Source: Somniosus microcephalus
Taxonomy: Eukaryota
DNA: 64,000 nucleotides
Direction: 5' to 3'
Assembly (NCBI GenBank): GCA_052327205.1
Contig: CM126229.1
Coordinates: forward strand, 10,788,001-10,852,000
Both the position numbers and the translations under genes were made by a program. The notes beneath the pieces are model-generated. The model saw nothing but the letters and a program-made list of their open reading frames with translations, searched no databases and was not told the origin of the DNA. Every line of letters starts with the position of its first letter. Within the stretch, counting starts at the first letter, position 1. Below are positions 1-64,000 of the stretch, piece after piece.

Positions 1-1029
1 AGTCTTGTGTTTTATGTAGTGATTGAATTGAGGCGTTGATAGTTTTGAAAATAAACTTCTAACAAAGTATAAATTGATAGCCAGTCTCTACCCTCATCCT
101 TTCCTCTAAAATAACTGGCGGAATGAAGATTTTTAAGAGCAACTTGTATGAGCCTGTAGACATAGCTCAAGGTGCAGTAGGAAGATTTAATTATCCGTGG
201 TTCTCAGAGCAAAGTGGTCATCTGTCACCTCAAATTCTCAGTGCACGCTAATAACACACCAGTATGTGCATTTGCAAACTAGTTTAAAAACAGCTTTTGG
301 GCATGGAGGAGATGCTATGCCAGGTAGTTTTAAATCTGTTACGAAAATACCTCCGACTCCGTATACGCTACGCATTTAAATAAACCTTCAGGGATTTTTT
401 TTTAACTTCCCCCCTGTTCAGCTGGGTTATACTCTTAGAAGGTGGATTGTAGCCAACTCTGAAGTTGTTGATCTTTCCAAAGAGCAATTAAATTAGGGTC
501 AAGTAACTTGGCAGAATTGCTTTTTATTTGTGACTGAGCCATGTGTAGGTAAAAGTTTAAGAATTGTATGCTGCAGTAGGCTAATTATGTAAATAATGAC
601 ATCAAAAATGTGTTTTTTAAAACATTCTGGGCTTTTGCAAGGAACTGGATGTACACCGTGGGATCTGATGAAGCTTCAGAAGGCAGCTTACATAGACCAA
701 ATGTAGACACTGTTTTATTCACTTACTGAGCCCCAAATATTTCTTGTTGGAAAATGAATATTTTTTTGTGAACTGTTTTAAAACCGCATGTTCAAATGGC
801 ACGAGTGCATTTTTATGTCCTGTCAGTATAACTGGTTGGTATCTTTCAACCATACACTGGAAAAGCAATACTTTTGGAATGCAGACATTTTATGCCGTGT
901 GGGCACATTTAAACCATTGGTGGAACTGTTGAATTGTATAACCACAAAACATTTATTTCATGGTTTATATTTCTCGTTTGAAGGGAGAGCTCCTTTAAAG
1001 TGTGGCTTTTCTAGTATGTATCAGGCATT

Positions 1030-1575
1030 CAGGAACTTGGAGCCAATGTAGGTCAGTAAGGATGGGTGTGATGGGTCCAGGTTAAGATGCAGCAGAGTTT
1101 TGCATAAATTGGAGGATGCAGGCCCACTCGGAGAGGATATATAGTTGTCAGCTCAGCTCCAGGTTGAACACGTCGAGGTTGTGAACGGCGTGCTTCAGCC
1201 TGAGACGGTGACTAGGGAGGGGATGGAGTTTGTAGCGAGGGTATGGGGTTTGTGGTGGGAAGATGATTTCTTTGGTCTTCCCAATGTTTAGCTGGAGGTG
1301 GTTGTGACTTACCCAAGACTGGATGTCAGGCAAGCAGTCTGACCGCACAGAGACTTTCGAGGGTTCTAATGAGCGGTGAGGATGTAGTGCTGGATGTCAC
1401 TGGCATACGTGTGGAAGCTGACCCTATGACTTTAGTGATGTCGCCAAGGGCCAGCATGTGGATGAGAAAGAGGATGAATCTTTGGAGGACTCTGGAGTTG
1501 ATGGTATGAGGATGGGAAGGGAACCCATTGATGGAGATGCTTTGGCAATGATCAGAACAGTAAGAATGAATTAAC
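1030..1575 (-). mobile_element. L2-clade LINE fragment (degenerate RT C-terminal region); boundaries approximate
   Basis: ORF remnant SDCLPDIQSWVSHNHLQLNIGKTKEIIF is the typical L2 post-RT motif. Confidence 0.75.
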
Positions 1576-2437
1576 CAAGGGCACATGGCAATGTAGCAGT
1601 TGAGCTGCTTTCAAACTTTAGTTCCACATCACTTTGTAGACTGTTAAAATGGACTGTCAACCTGTTTTTTTTTGCCAGGTCTTGTAGGATACTGCATTCA
1701 CCGATTGAAAAAATATTTGCACAAACAAATAGTTTAGTCGTGAGGCACTGGGAAAATTCTATTTGCGTTGAAGTACATAACCTCACCCACTTACTTTTGC
1801 CAGTGTCACCTTGAACTTTGCAGTTTGTCACAAATCATTGGATCGGTGCAAGTACTGGGTAAGGTGCTAGCTTCACAACCCAGCGATTGTGGCATTTGAG
1901 TTTCTTCACCCTTCACATGCAAGCAGCTTTATCAACCAGCTGTTTCTGATGCATTTGTTGCTGTATTGGCACCTTGCAATAATTGTGTTTTGCTCATTTA
2001 GCAACAATCAGTATCTCATCTCCTTTGTAAATCAGCTCAATCTAGATTAGGAATGTTTTCTCTCAATGCGCTCCTTTTTTGGTGAATTTTTGCACTGCCT
2101 CTCAATGCACTGACGGTCTTAACTTGGGGGTGTTTTCTGTCTTTATAGATGCCTCCTGCCCTTATTTAATATTTGGCACAGAAAAGTATACCTGGCAACT
2201 AATTGGACTCTGCCCTTTAAATTCTACTCCATCCATTCAGTGAAAACGGTACCAGGTTCAGAACGTGACACACTCTTTCATATCCTGTTTTACTAGTAGC
2301 AAAAAGAGAACTGAAAATTTATTAGCTGGTTCGTTGACTTAATATTTATTTATAATTTTCACAAAAGCTGGTGCCCTTTCAATGTGCTAGCTTATTGAAC
2401 AGGCCCGTAAGCAGAAAGTGGTATGCTAAGTAATATT

Positions 2438-2720
2438 CATAGAATTGTAGAATGATACAGCACAGTAGAAGGCCATTTGGCCTATCGTGCCTATACCAAC
2501 TCTCTGAAAGAGCTACCGATTAGTCCCACTCCCCTGCTCTTTGTCCATAGCCCTGCAGTGTTTTCCCTTTCAAATATATATCCAATTCCCTCTTCACAGT
2601 TACTGTTGAATCTGCATCCACCACTTTTTCAGGCAGTGCATTACAGATCGATAATAACTTGCTGAGTAAAAAGGATTTCTTCTCGTCGCCCCCCCCCCCC
2701 CCTGATGTTCTGGCCAATTA
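2438..2720 (-). mobile_element. CR1 LINE 3' end fragment
   Basis: NALPEKVVDADS...KRELDIYL remnant plus (ATTCTATG)-type tail. Confidence 0.8.
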
Positions 2721-3976
2721 TTTAAAAATATTTTGAACATTGTGTTTAAAATGGCCCAGTGTATTCCTATGTTTGAACTCACCAGTTGCAAAATTTGATT
2801 AATTCTTATATTGGAATATCAGTTTTCTGTTGTGTTGACAGGCTATTTCTCCTGACACGTTTTGAATTTTAGTAAATTTGATGAAAAGCAGCAGTAAAAG
2901 CATGTGACTAGACTGAAGTTACTGCTTTTTTGAAAGAAAAATTAATATTGCTGGATGCTTATCCGGACTGATCAGGAAACATCCTTGAATTAAACACATA
3001 CTGCTCAGATTTGAGCAAAAATCAGATCATGGATCTGCCTTATGGCATTTATTTTCAGTAATTTTTTTAATTGATGATCAGTGTTGGAAACTGAGATACA
3101 TTTTGCAGACACTTTATATAAAAAAAAAGCAGTCAGAACCTTCATTTTTAAAAAGTTAAACATAGAGTTGAGCAGGGATGAAATCACCTGCACAAGGGAA
3201 GCCAATGCATGTTAAAACCTGTGCACTGCATCAACAATATGCTGCCTCCGTGTGTAAGCCTCATCAGGGCTTGTGTTAAGTGAGCTTTGTTTACTAATAC
3301 TAGATCATTTTACTGACTAATAACAATCTTCTAGAGACTGAGGATCACCTTTAAGTTATGTTTGTGCCAGAAGAGTGCAGCCGACAGCAGACACGTTTCT
3401 CCCTGTTGGCTCCATTCCAAGGTGTAAGTGCCCCAACTTGCAAGGAACCAATGGCTTTATACACTTAAAATTGTGGGTCTATAATCCTACCACTGGATTA
3501 AGGCCTCTTTTTTTCAACAACGTAAACTGTTTGTAGACTTTAGTTGTATAATATCGTAATCAATAAATCTACACATGTAAAATAATTGTGTGGTCCAGAA
3601 ATAATAGAAAGCCTTTTTAATCCCGGCCCTCTGCACAAGCAGTGAGTTCAGGAGTAGCCAGAACCAGATTAGAGCCTGCTTCTAATGCTCTCCCCTTCAA
3701 ATGCCAGTCGTGTTTTAAGGTTGATAAATCTGTTAGCAAGTCACTGAAAATGATAGACTTTTGTTAAAAGTTTCACCTCCGTGTTCTACAATATACATTT
3801 GGGTGAAATTGTTCCAAGTTACAGCAACTGGGGGTCTCAGCAGGGCCCAACTGCGTGCCTTATGGAGCAATCTGAGTACAGCTCGTCAGAGACGGGGAGT
3901 ATTTAAAATAAATACATCTTTGTGGCAAGTAAAGTTTCTTAACTTTACACCTGAAATAAAAAGAAAAGGGAAAGAC

Positions 3977-4374
3977 TTTGAAGTGTGGTCACTGTTGTAA
4001 TGTAGGAAACGCGGCAGCCAATTTGCGCACAGCAAGCTCCCACAAACAGCAATGTGGTAATGACCAGATAACCTGCTTTTTAGTGATGTTGATTGAGGGA
4101 TAAATATTGGTTAGGACACCGGGGAGAACTCCCCTGCTCTTCAAAATAGTGCCACAGGATCTTTAACGTTCATCCGCGAGCAGACTGGGTCTTGGTTTAA
4201 CATCTCATCCAAATATGGCACCTCTGACCGTGCAGTACAGCACGCCCGCAGTACAGCACGCCCGCAGTACAGCACTGGAGTGTCGGCCTAGATTTTTGTG
4301 CTCAAGTCTCTGAAAGGGACTTGGCTCCACAACCTTCTGACTCAGAGGCAAGGGTGCTACTGACTGAGCCACGG
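3977..4374 (-). mobile_element. tRNA-derived SINE with Deu-like core (SacSINE1-like)
   Basis: minus-strand head TGGCTCAGTCAGTAGCAC...CAAGTCC (A box, decayed B box); core ggtttaacatctcatcc...ggcacctctgaccgtgcag; matching tail piece at 12050-12153. Confidence 0.75.
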
Positions 4375-4687
4375 AAATGAAAATTCACCATTAGTGAAAT
4401 TGTTAGTCATTCATATGCTTCCTTGTGAAAGGGAAGGAGGCAGCTCTCTAGTGCGCTGATTCCATTGACAACAGCTACTGCAGCAGAGAGAACTTTCTGT
4501 AAAACACAAATCATAAGTGGTGCTCAGAGCGCTTAATTGAAGTTGTAGGCGGATGAAAGCTGATTTTTTTTGCTGAGCGTCATGACTGGTCGCATAGCTC
4601 TTGAAAATGCCAAAGCTGTGGTTGGAAAGAAACAGGTGTGAAATTGTTGAGGTGGTTGGAGTGGGAATGTTGGGGGCTGTTTTTTTT

Positions 4688-4868
4688 TGTTCATGGGATG
4701 TGGGCGTTGCTGGCAAGGCCAGCATTTATTGCCCATTCCTAATTGCCCTTGAGAAGGTGGTGGTGAGCCACCGACTTGAATCGCTGCAGTCCGTGTGGTG
4801 AAGGTACTCCCACAGTGCTGTTAGGGAGGGAGTTCCAGGATTTTGACCCAGCGACAGTGAAGGAACGG
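4688..4868 (-). mobile_element. 3' end fragment of a non-LTR retrotransposon
   Basis: tail ...GGGCAATAAATGCTGGCCTTGCCAGCAACGCCCACATCCCATGA recurs near 32220, 52870 and 62365. Confidence 0.65.
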
Positions 4869-5096
4869 CTTGTGGCCCATTGACAGACAGCTGGTTAAAG
4901 CTAATTTAATATGGGGTGAAAGAGTATGATTTTTGAGTTTGTTTTCAGGTACTCCTAAGTGTTTTTTTTGCTGTAAACAGCTCCCTGGATATTTGTCCTG
5001 TGGCTCATTGACTCACTGGTTAATACTATGTTTGCATTAGGCTTAGCCTGGTATTAAATTAGCTTTAACCAGCTGTCTGTCACTGGGCCACAAGCC
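4867..5096. repeat. Inverted repeat, 45-bp arms (4867-4911 / 5052-5096), 1 mismatch, 140-bp spacer
   Basis: ggcttgtggcccattgacagacagctggttaaagctaatttaata and its reverse complement. Confidence 0.9.
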
Positions 5097-6699
5097 AAAG
5101 AAGGCAACGGCTTTCTTCTGAATCTTCCTGGTGACCAGTCTTGGTGGATCCAGAAAGTTTGCTTTGTGTTTGCTGCTGGCTGTGTAAGATCTATATATTG
5201 GGAGCTGGCAGGCACGGAACTCCACTCAACCCAGAATAAAAGCTTTCCACAAAGTTCAGGATGTTGCAGCAGCACCTGGTAATGCTGTGGTGATCTTGAT
5301 TTAAAGTTGTCATTAACTCCTCCACTTTGCCTAAAATGACATGCTGTGCTGTAGATTCTTGGACACGAGCAGGCATGCTTACAGATTTGACTTGGGGGTT
5401 GGTTTATAATCTGTATTATGCTAATGATTTTGAGGCCAGAAAGTTGAGTGTTAAGATTCCATGAGTGAGTGATTTCTCGCTATAAAAAGCAGAATGTGAA
5501 TGAGATGTGTATTCTGAGCTGCGGTATATGGCAATGTAGTTAACAAAAGGGACACTCTGAGCAATGATCATACATTTTTTCGACTACTTAACTGATTAAG
5601 ACTGCAGTGCCATGAAATGGTAAAAAGGATAAACGGTGCTAAAAGTTGTAATAACTGTTTCTTTTAATGATTGCATTAAGCCCAAAAATACCAGTTAGTC
5701 AATCATCTGGAACAAATGACCCTTTTACCTAGTTGTGAAGACAGTTTTAATAATGCAGGTGCTCAAATTGTAAAAAACAGGTGCACATTTTGATTGTAAA
5801 ATGATTTCTGTGCCATAGTAGCTGTGTCTGATTCAGTGCTGTAGCAAACACGATACAAGTGCAACAGTGGATTACTGGAAGGTAATGATGACAGTTGATT
5901 AGTCAGTAACTCGAAAATATAAAAACCTACTCTGGAAATTAATTGTAGCCCAATAAATCCTGTACTTCAGTAGCCAATGCTGTTGTCTGTCATCAGAGAA
6001 GCATCTTGCCGTAACTTGCTGCCCTGCTGTGGTGACATGGCCAAGATGAGAAACGTGTTTGGAATCTTGTAGCGATACATTGGAGTACCAATATGTTGCT
6101 CATTGGTTAAGTGTTTCAATTACTGCTTCACGCACTTAGCCTTGCCAAAAAGAAAATAGAGCCAAGTATCAATTAAAAAGAAATGATATCTAGTGCTGTT
6201 CATGTTTAGCAGTGCTAACTTGCCTGTGCAACAGTTTCCCTCTACGCATCTTGGCTGCTGGTCCACTGGTTGGTTAAAAAAGTTTGGAGAAAATGAGCAA
6301 AAGTTGCTTTTATACATTTTTTTTTTCTGCAATACTTAATCAGTCCTGGATAAAGTAGGCTGGGTGAACTGGTCAGTGAAAGCATTTGGTGCACTATTGT
6401 GGATGTTGTTTTCCACATTAGCTGGTAAAATTATTGGTGGTTCGAAGTGGTGAGCTGTTGGGCCAGTTGATATATATTCTCCCATTCTGTCTGCTGGAGT
6501 CTCCTGTTGAGCCGATGGATGAGTCTTGGTTGTTGTGGGTTCATTGATAGGCGAAGAACCCAACCTTGGACTCCCCTATAAGGCGGCACAACTTATTGAA
6601 AACCATATGAGGCCGATAGATGAGTTACTTTGCATGCCTGGCATTTGGCAGCCAGATCTCGCAGCTTCAAATCGACCTGCCTGATGTGACCCCATTATA

Positions 6700-7420
6700 G
6701 TCAGTCAGTGACAGTGTCTTATCAGGTGTCGAGGTTAATAGTGCAAGATTTTAAGGTGGCTTTTAATGTGCCTTTAAAGCATTTCCCCTGCCCACCGTTG
6801 CAATATCCAGACTGCAGCTCGCCTTTGAAGACAGCTTTGGGAGTTCTGTAATCAGGCATGTGAATGATGTGTCCAACTGGACCTTTTTGATTGTGGCCTC
6901 CATTCCAGTTATATTGCAGCGCTTGGGTCATCAGTGTTAGGCACCCTGTCCTGCCACTTGATGCTAATGAAAGTGCAAATAGAAATGGTCAAGTTGCTTG
7001 ATGCAATGGCTGCAGCAGAACCATGACTCCGGTCCATTTCGTAGGGTGGTGAGGATATCAGCTTGGTGTATCGCAACTTTTGTTGGCAGACTAACCCCTC
7101 ATTCCTTTAAGAGTCTCCACTCGAGTTTGCCAAAGGAGTTGGCCCTGCCAATCCGGTGAGTAACCGCATAGTTGATTGTGCCGTTCTGCAAGAGAACACT
7201 ACTGAGATAGCAGAATTTGTCTGTTCCTTTGAGTGGCAAATAATGGATCGTAACTTTAGGGGACGTGACTGGATGACCAGGTTTTGGCGGGATCATGACA
7301 TTTAAGTTGAGGCCAAAACACTCTGCCGCCCTAGCCAAGCAGTCTGATAGCAATTGGATGCACTTGCAGGTGTGGGCGAGTAACGTGCAGTCATTGGCAA
7401 ATGGTCATGAACATGTCGTG
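6700..7420 (-). mobile_element. RTE-clade LINE fragment (degenerate)
   Basis: DKFCYLSSVL...HRIGRANSFGKL and GHIIHMPDYRTPKAVFKGEL...GGQGKCFKGTLK are RTE ORF C-terminal motifs. Confidence 0.8.
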
Positions 7421-10400
7421 AATAGTTGTCTATTATTTTGCTTCAACATGCAGTGGGCAAAGAATTGGAACTTAGTGAATATTGAAAGAGAAGCTCTTTT
7501 GCTCTGATCAGGAGTTCACACTCATTTGAAGTATTATGTCCGTGTGTAATTGAGACACGGACTGCAGGAGTTGGTGATAACAGGTCTTTACTGAATGGAG
7601 GCAACCTGGAACTACTATGCAAATGTTACTACACAGGCTTATATACAGGGGTGGTCACTACTGGTACTGCAGTATACAGGGGCTGCAGAATATAGTTCCT
7701 TCTGCAAAGTACATACACTACATGAAGTGCATGAGGTAAGAAGAATAAAGTCTCTACAAGGAAGCAAACTTCCTCTTCAAACAGCACAAATGAGGTGGAA
7801 AAAACTAAATATTGGAAATATGAAATAAAACAGAAAATACTGCAAATACACAGCATGGCAGTCAGCATCTGTAAAGAAATGATAGGCTAACTTTATACCC
7901 AATTCTGATGAAAGCTGGCACATTAGCCCCTCTCTTCCCCTCCTATATGGTGATTGCCTGTTTACCATTTCTCAAATGATTACATATGATCTGATGCAGG
8001 ATCAATTATTTAAATGTGATTTATAAAACCATACTCATTTGTGCCAACACTACTCAGTGTTTCAATAAACCATTGGTTCAATTTTTGTATAATTGCAGAT
8101 TTTGCTTCAAGATTGATTTTTTGTTGGGTAAGGGCGTCGAGGGAAATTAAACAAAGACGAGTCAATGAAGTTGAGGTATAGAACGGCCATGATCTAATTG
8201 AATGGCAGAATATGTTCAAGGGGCCGATTTTTGTTTGTGTTCGTTTTGATGAGGGGGGCAGAGGGAGTTTCGAAGGTACTGCTGTGCACATTTTGTATAA
8301 AATGAAAGCATTTGTATCTTGCTTAATAAAACCTGGTTAATTATAATGGGTATTTAGTACTCAAATTAACATTGATCAATCGGACTTGGATCTGAATGAG
8401 TCAGACACCCATGACTTACCTTGCTTTCAGTATTTCTTCAACAAGCAACGTCATCAGTTTACCCACAGGAGTGACATAATTGTCGCCTTGCTCCTTCCTT
8501 TTATGGAAACAAAAAAGTGGACTTTGAGTTTCCTTTGTCAGTCTGCAGTAAAACCAGATTAAATATGAATTTCCTGTCCCCTCCCCGATTGCGCTCGGTT
8601 TATTAAAGCTGCAGCACCTCTCTGCGGAAAAATCTTACATCAGTTTCGGATACCTTTCACATTGCTTTCTCTGGGCAGCTTGTTAACATTGTTTTAAGCA
8701 ACGAGTTTTTTCTTAAAGTAGTAGTTTAATCTAGATGCTTCTGTCATTTTTTTTGTTCCAATGTGACTCAGCCGAGTGAAAACTATTTACGAGTGGAATA
8801 CTCTTACATAGTTTTTGTTTGCTATTCCTCTTTAATTCTCCAATTTTCTCCTGCCTACCCAACTCCTCTGGAAATATTGTCTCATTTTTGGGGTTTGGCT
8901 CCACACAGACTGCTCACCCTCTGGTACTTTTTCCAAGTGGCCATAATTCATCTGTAAAACCCGACATTTCATGTTGACAGACTATTTTACCTGGGGCAGC
9001 TGAGCCCAGTCCAGTCCACCTATGTGCACTTCTAGCAAGGATTGTTAGATAGCAAACAGGAGTGGGAACATTGACTGATCTTCCTCCCCTCACGAACCCT
9101 GAGGCCAATTGTAGTAGCCCTACTGTTATGCGTTTTATAGAAGCTTTCTTCACCCAATCTTCAGTTCACCTTGAGATTAAGATCTTGATTGGAGCAAATA
9201 GCTCCTTTTTGCCTTCGGTTCCATTTTGTTCAAAGGGAGGTGGGTGGGAAAGAGTGAATAGTTCTATTTTATACCTCTGACCCTGACATGAGACTTAGAC
9301 TTGTGTTCAAGTCCAAGATTAGCAATCAGAAGGATGAATGCCAACTAGCAAAAGATTTGTCAACTGAGCAGCAGGTGCTATCCAAAGTGGTGTGTCTGGT
9401 AAGGCTGTCATTGTTTTGACACATGTTGAAACATTCTCTTGGGAGGTGAGCAAAGAGGAACTGTTTTTTTTTACATTTGAAAGTACTTCTTTTCCTTAGG
9501 TGACTGGAAGTTCCCTATTTGTTTTTATTTGGACTGTTCCCCTGTTAAGCAAGCTACCCATTTGCTTCCATTCCTGTCAATGTGGCTTTGAAACAGGCTT
9601 ATTTGGAGGTGGCCTTGGATGACTCCACTCTCCGTATTCCCCGTGGCCACATCCCCTCTCCTCCCCAACGGGGTAGCATGTGAAAGCATGAGTTCTTGTA
9701 TTATGATGTGATCTGGCCTTTGTCCTGTTGTTACATCTTTTTTGTCATGTAACTTCTGTTAATGGTTTGTAGATTGTCAACATTACAATTTATTTAACTT
9801 TATATAGAAATGAGCTGATCAGAGCTTAAAAACAGAGATGTGCAAATTGACTTCAGAAAAGATGATACCGTATACATTACCCATGGTCATTCTTCAGAAT
9901 TAGAAGTTGTAATTTCTGAGGTGTTTTGAATAAAGTTTCAAAGCTATCAGATGTTTTGGCTGAATAGGACGTATTGAAGAAAATAATGCATATAACTAGT
10001 TCATCAGGAAGCTTTGTGACTGGTCAGGATGTTTAAAATTTATTGGTGATCCTGTACCTCTGGTTAATCACAACTGTTACAATTGCATCTAAATTTGCTT
10101 TTACCCAAGAGCAGTTGCTAAAATTGTAGCCACCTTGTGCTCCAGTCCTAATTATGCATATTTTATGGTTGAGGCGAATAGTCTAGATGCTTTTATGGGG
10201 AAGCTAGAGAAACACATGAGGGAGAAAGGAACAGATGGTTATGTTGATCGGGTGAGATGAAATGGGGTATTTCAGATTTCCAGCATCTGCAGTATTTTCT
10301 TTTTGTATGCATATTTTATGCCTGACTTGGTGGGGAGGGGGCGGGAAAAGGGAAATAGTTTAAAATTCTGTGCTTAGCTCAGATGAACTTGGAGTCAACT

Positions 10401-11324
10401 TGTACCATCTTGTGATAAACAACTCACTTGCAAGTGGAGTTACATTTTAAAAAGTATTGTCAACATGCATTTTAAAATTGGTTAATCATTTATGGAACTC
10501 TACTGCACAAGTGCAAGCTTAACAGACCCAGGTTGCAATTGAAACTTGCCACTCTTTGCTATTGAGTTTGTGTGGCGGGGACAGGAGTTGGCCAGAGTTG
10601 CTGAGGTAGGACGGGGGAACACTTGGTTGAGTGTTTTTTCATGCATTGCGGTAAGTTGCCTTCGGGTGATTCAGCCTTGTGTACCAATGACATCCATGGA
10701 CAGGTCTGTGCACCTTGTACATGACTTTTTATGCTGTTGGCTGATCTCCCAAAACCTGGTTTAAGAGCACCGTAAAGTGATCGTGATAAATTGCTCACTG
10801 TGCAGTGTAATTGCATCATTACCCAGTGCCATTATTATGTACAAAATTTATAACAATGTGATTTTAGAAGTTATGACATCAAAATGGACTTGGTGGAATC
10901 CTGCTGCTGCCAGTGTGTTTTTTTTACTAGGCACAGTTAGATTGGTGGTAGGCTCTATTGACCCATAGTCTTTCTGGTTGCCAATCAAACAAAATCCAGT
11001 AGTTTTTGCTTCCTCTAGTTGGCTGAAACCTGGACTATAAGGGCCAGAGGCTATAGAGCAATTTTAAAACTGGCTATTCATCCAATGGTGTTTGCTTTTT
11101 AAAGGAGTTGGTGAGAATCAAAATAGAAAAAAAATTGGGGAGTGGCTAAACTGAGGTCTAAAGTGTTGGGAATGGAAGTCCATGTAATGACAAATGAATT
11201 GGTGTGGATCCCAAGTGCTCCCAGCTCTGGTACAGCTGGATGCAGAATAAGGCTCTTGACTTATTCCCAACTTCAAGGGCACTTCCTCCTGTTCCAGTGT
11301 TGCTTTTTCCATGTACCACACCAA

Positions 11325-11825
11325 TCATAGAATTTACAGGCCATTTGGCCCAACTGGCCCATGCTGGTGTTTATGCTCCACACGAGCCTCCTCCTACCCC
11401 ATTTCATCTCACCCTATCAACATAACCATCTGTTCCTTTCTCCCTTGTGTTTATCTAGCTTCCCCATAAAAGCATCTATACTATTCGCCTCAACCACTCC
11501 CTGTGGTAGCGAGTTCCACATTCTCACCACTCTCTGGGTAAAGAAGTTTCTCCTAAATTCCCTATTGGATTTATTAGTGACTATCTTACATTTATGGTCC
11601 CTAGTTCTGGTCTTGCCCCACAAGTGGAAACATCTTCTCTACGTCGACCCTATTGAACCCCTTCATAATTTTAAAGATCTCTATCAGGTCACCCCTCAGC
11701 CTTCTCCTTTCTAGAGAAAAGAGCCCCAGCCTGTTCAATCCTTCCTATTAGTTATAACCCCTCAGTTCTGGTATCATCCTTGTAAATCTTTTTTGCATCT
11801 CCTCCAGTGCCTTTACATCCTTTTT
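11325..11825 (-). mobile_element. CR1 LINE 3' fragment
   Basis: TRTRDHKCKI...EFRRNFFTQRVVRMWNSLPQGVVEA...FMGKLD. Confidence 0.88.
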
Positions 11826-12049
11826 ATCGATCTTGACCTATCATTATAATTGCCCAATTTAGAGCATTTTTTTTGCTGTCGGTCCATGTCGTGAGAGGAC
11901 CCCTGTAGTTAGCAGACAGAATGTCGTCCCCTCAGTCTGGGCTGAATATGGTGCCAGAGTAGAATGGTCAGTGTTTAACCCACTGTCACCTACTTAGTAC
12001 ATTTTTCAGTATCTGTGTGACCAAAACAATGGTGTTGCAACTGGGGTAG

Positions 12050-12153
12050 AAGAAGACTACTTGCATTTATATAGCGCTTTCACGACCACCGGACGTCTCA
12101 AAGCGCTTTACAGCCAATGAAGTACTTTTGAAGTGGAGTCACTGTTGTAATGC
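12050..12153 (-). mobile_element. SINE 3' tail fragment (same family as 3977-4374)
   Basis: acttgcatttatatagcgc...gaagtggagtcactgttgtaatg overlaps the 3977 copy. Confidence 0.65.
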
Positions 12154-12693
12154 TATGACTTTTCTTCCCAGGCAGTCACTTAATATTCAACAACCCAGGA
12201 TGGCAAAGATTTTTAGTATTTGGCTTCCATAAGTGTGCTTGTCTTGCCTTGTAACCTAAAGCTCACTGAAAAAACATATCCTGCTACTGTTAGTGGTAAT
12301 CCCCTGGTTTTGGACCTTTTTAATGTCATTTTCAGTCATTTTTTTTATACATGAATGTATATTTTGGAAGAGGAGTTGAGTAGGAAATGGCCGTTTTCTC
12401 CTGGGGTTGATTAAAGAAGATGGGAAACTAAACTAATTCCATTTTCTTCTGAAAAGTATTTATGGGCTCCAGCAATTGTTTGCCTTTATATCTGAGATGA
12501 GCACTGTTATGCCAGCTGGATATAATTCAGTTTTAAACCTTCTAAAAGGTTGCATCAGACAATTCCATTGTAAGGGTGTTTGACAGCAATATCAACACGA
12601 GTAGCCACTTTCAGGGCAGAATGGGAGAACAGCAGGCAAAAAAGGTGGAGATAATGCAACAATAATTGACGAGTTTCGTTTGTTATATTTCAG

Positions 12694-64000
<51,307 letters not shown>

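Noticed and set aside
1-12693. Short ORFs and any further myosin exon in the first 12.7 kb
   Set aside because: No myosin peptide found; ORFs are repeat remnants or random. Treated as one long intron.

Overview
Eukaryotic (vertebrate; the repeat content points to a shark or other cartilaginous fish) window lying entirely inside one + strand gene, non-muscle myosin heavy chain IIA (MYH9). I traced 23 constitutive coding exons (12694 to the window end, equivalent to human exons 4-26, motor domain through IQ motifs into the rod) in one open frame. Two further in-frame cassette exons are not in the ORF track: a 21/18-nt loop-1 microexon (16833-16853, QSTVLAY) and a 63-nt loop-2 exon (45063-45125) clearly similar to the MYH10 B2 insert. 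The gene has one U12-type intron and one GC-AG intron. The introns hold many CR1, L2, RTE, SINE and Penelope fragments. Four elements stand out. (1) An apparently full-length CR1 LINE with a 7-bp TSD, an esterase ORF1, an ORF2 broken only at homopolymers and a chimeric structured 3' UTR. (2) A 2.06-kb non-autonomous Helitron carrying a CpG-island promoter kit and a 10-unit NRF1/GC-box array. (3) A very young Penelope-type insertion forming a 318-bp near-perfect hairpin with a hammerhead ribozyme in each arm, just upstream of a myosin exon. (4) A short solo LTR. Family names come from motif recognition only; no database search was run.
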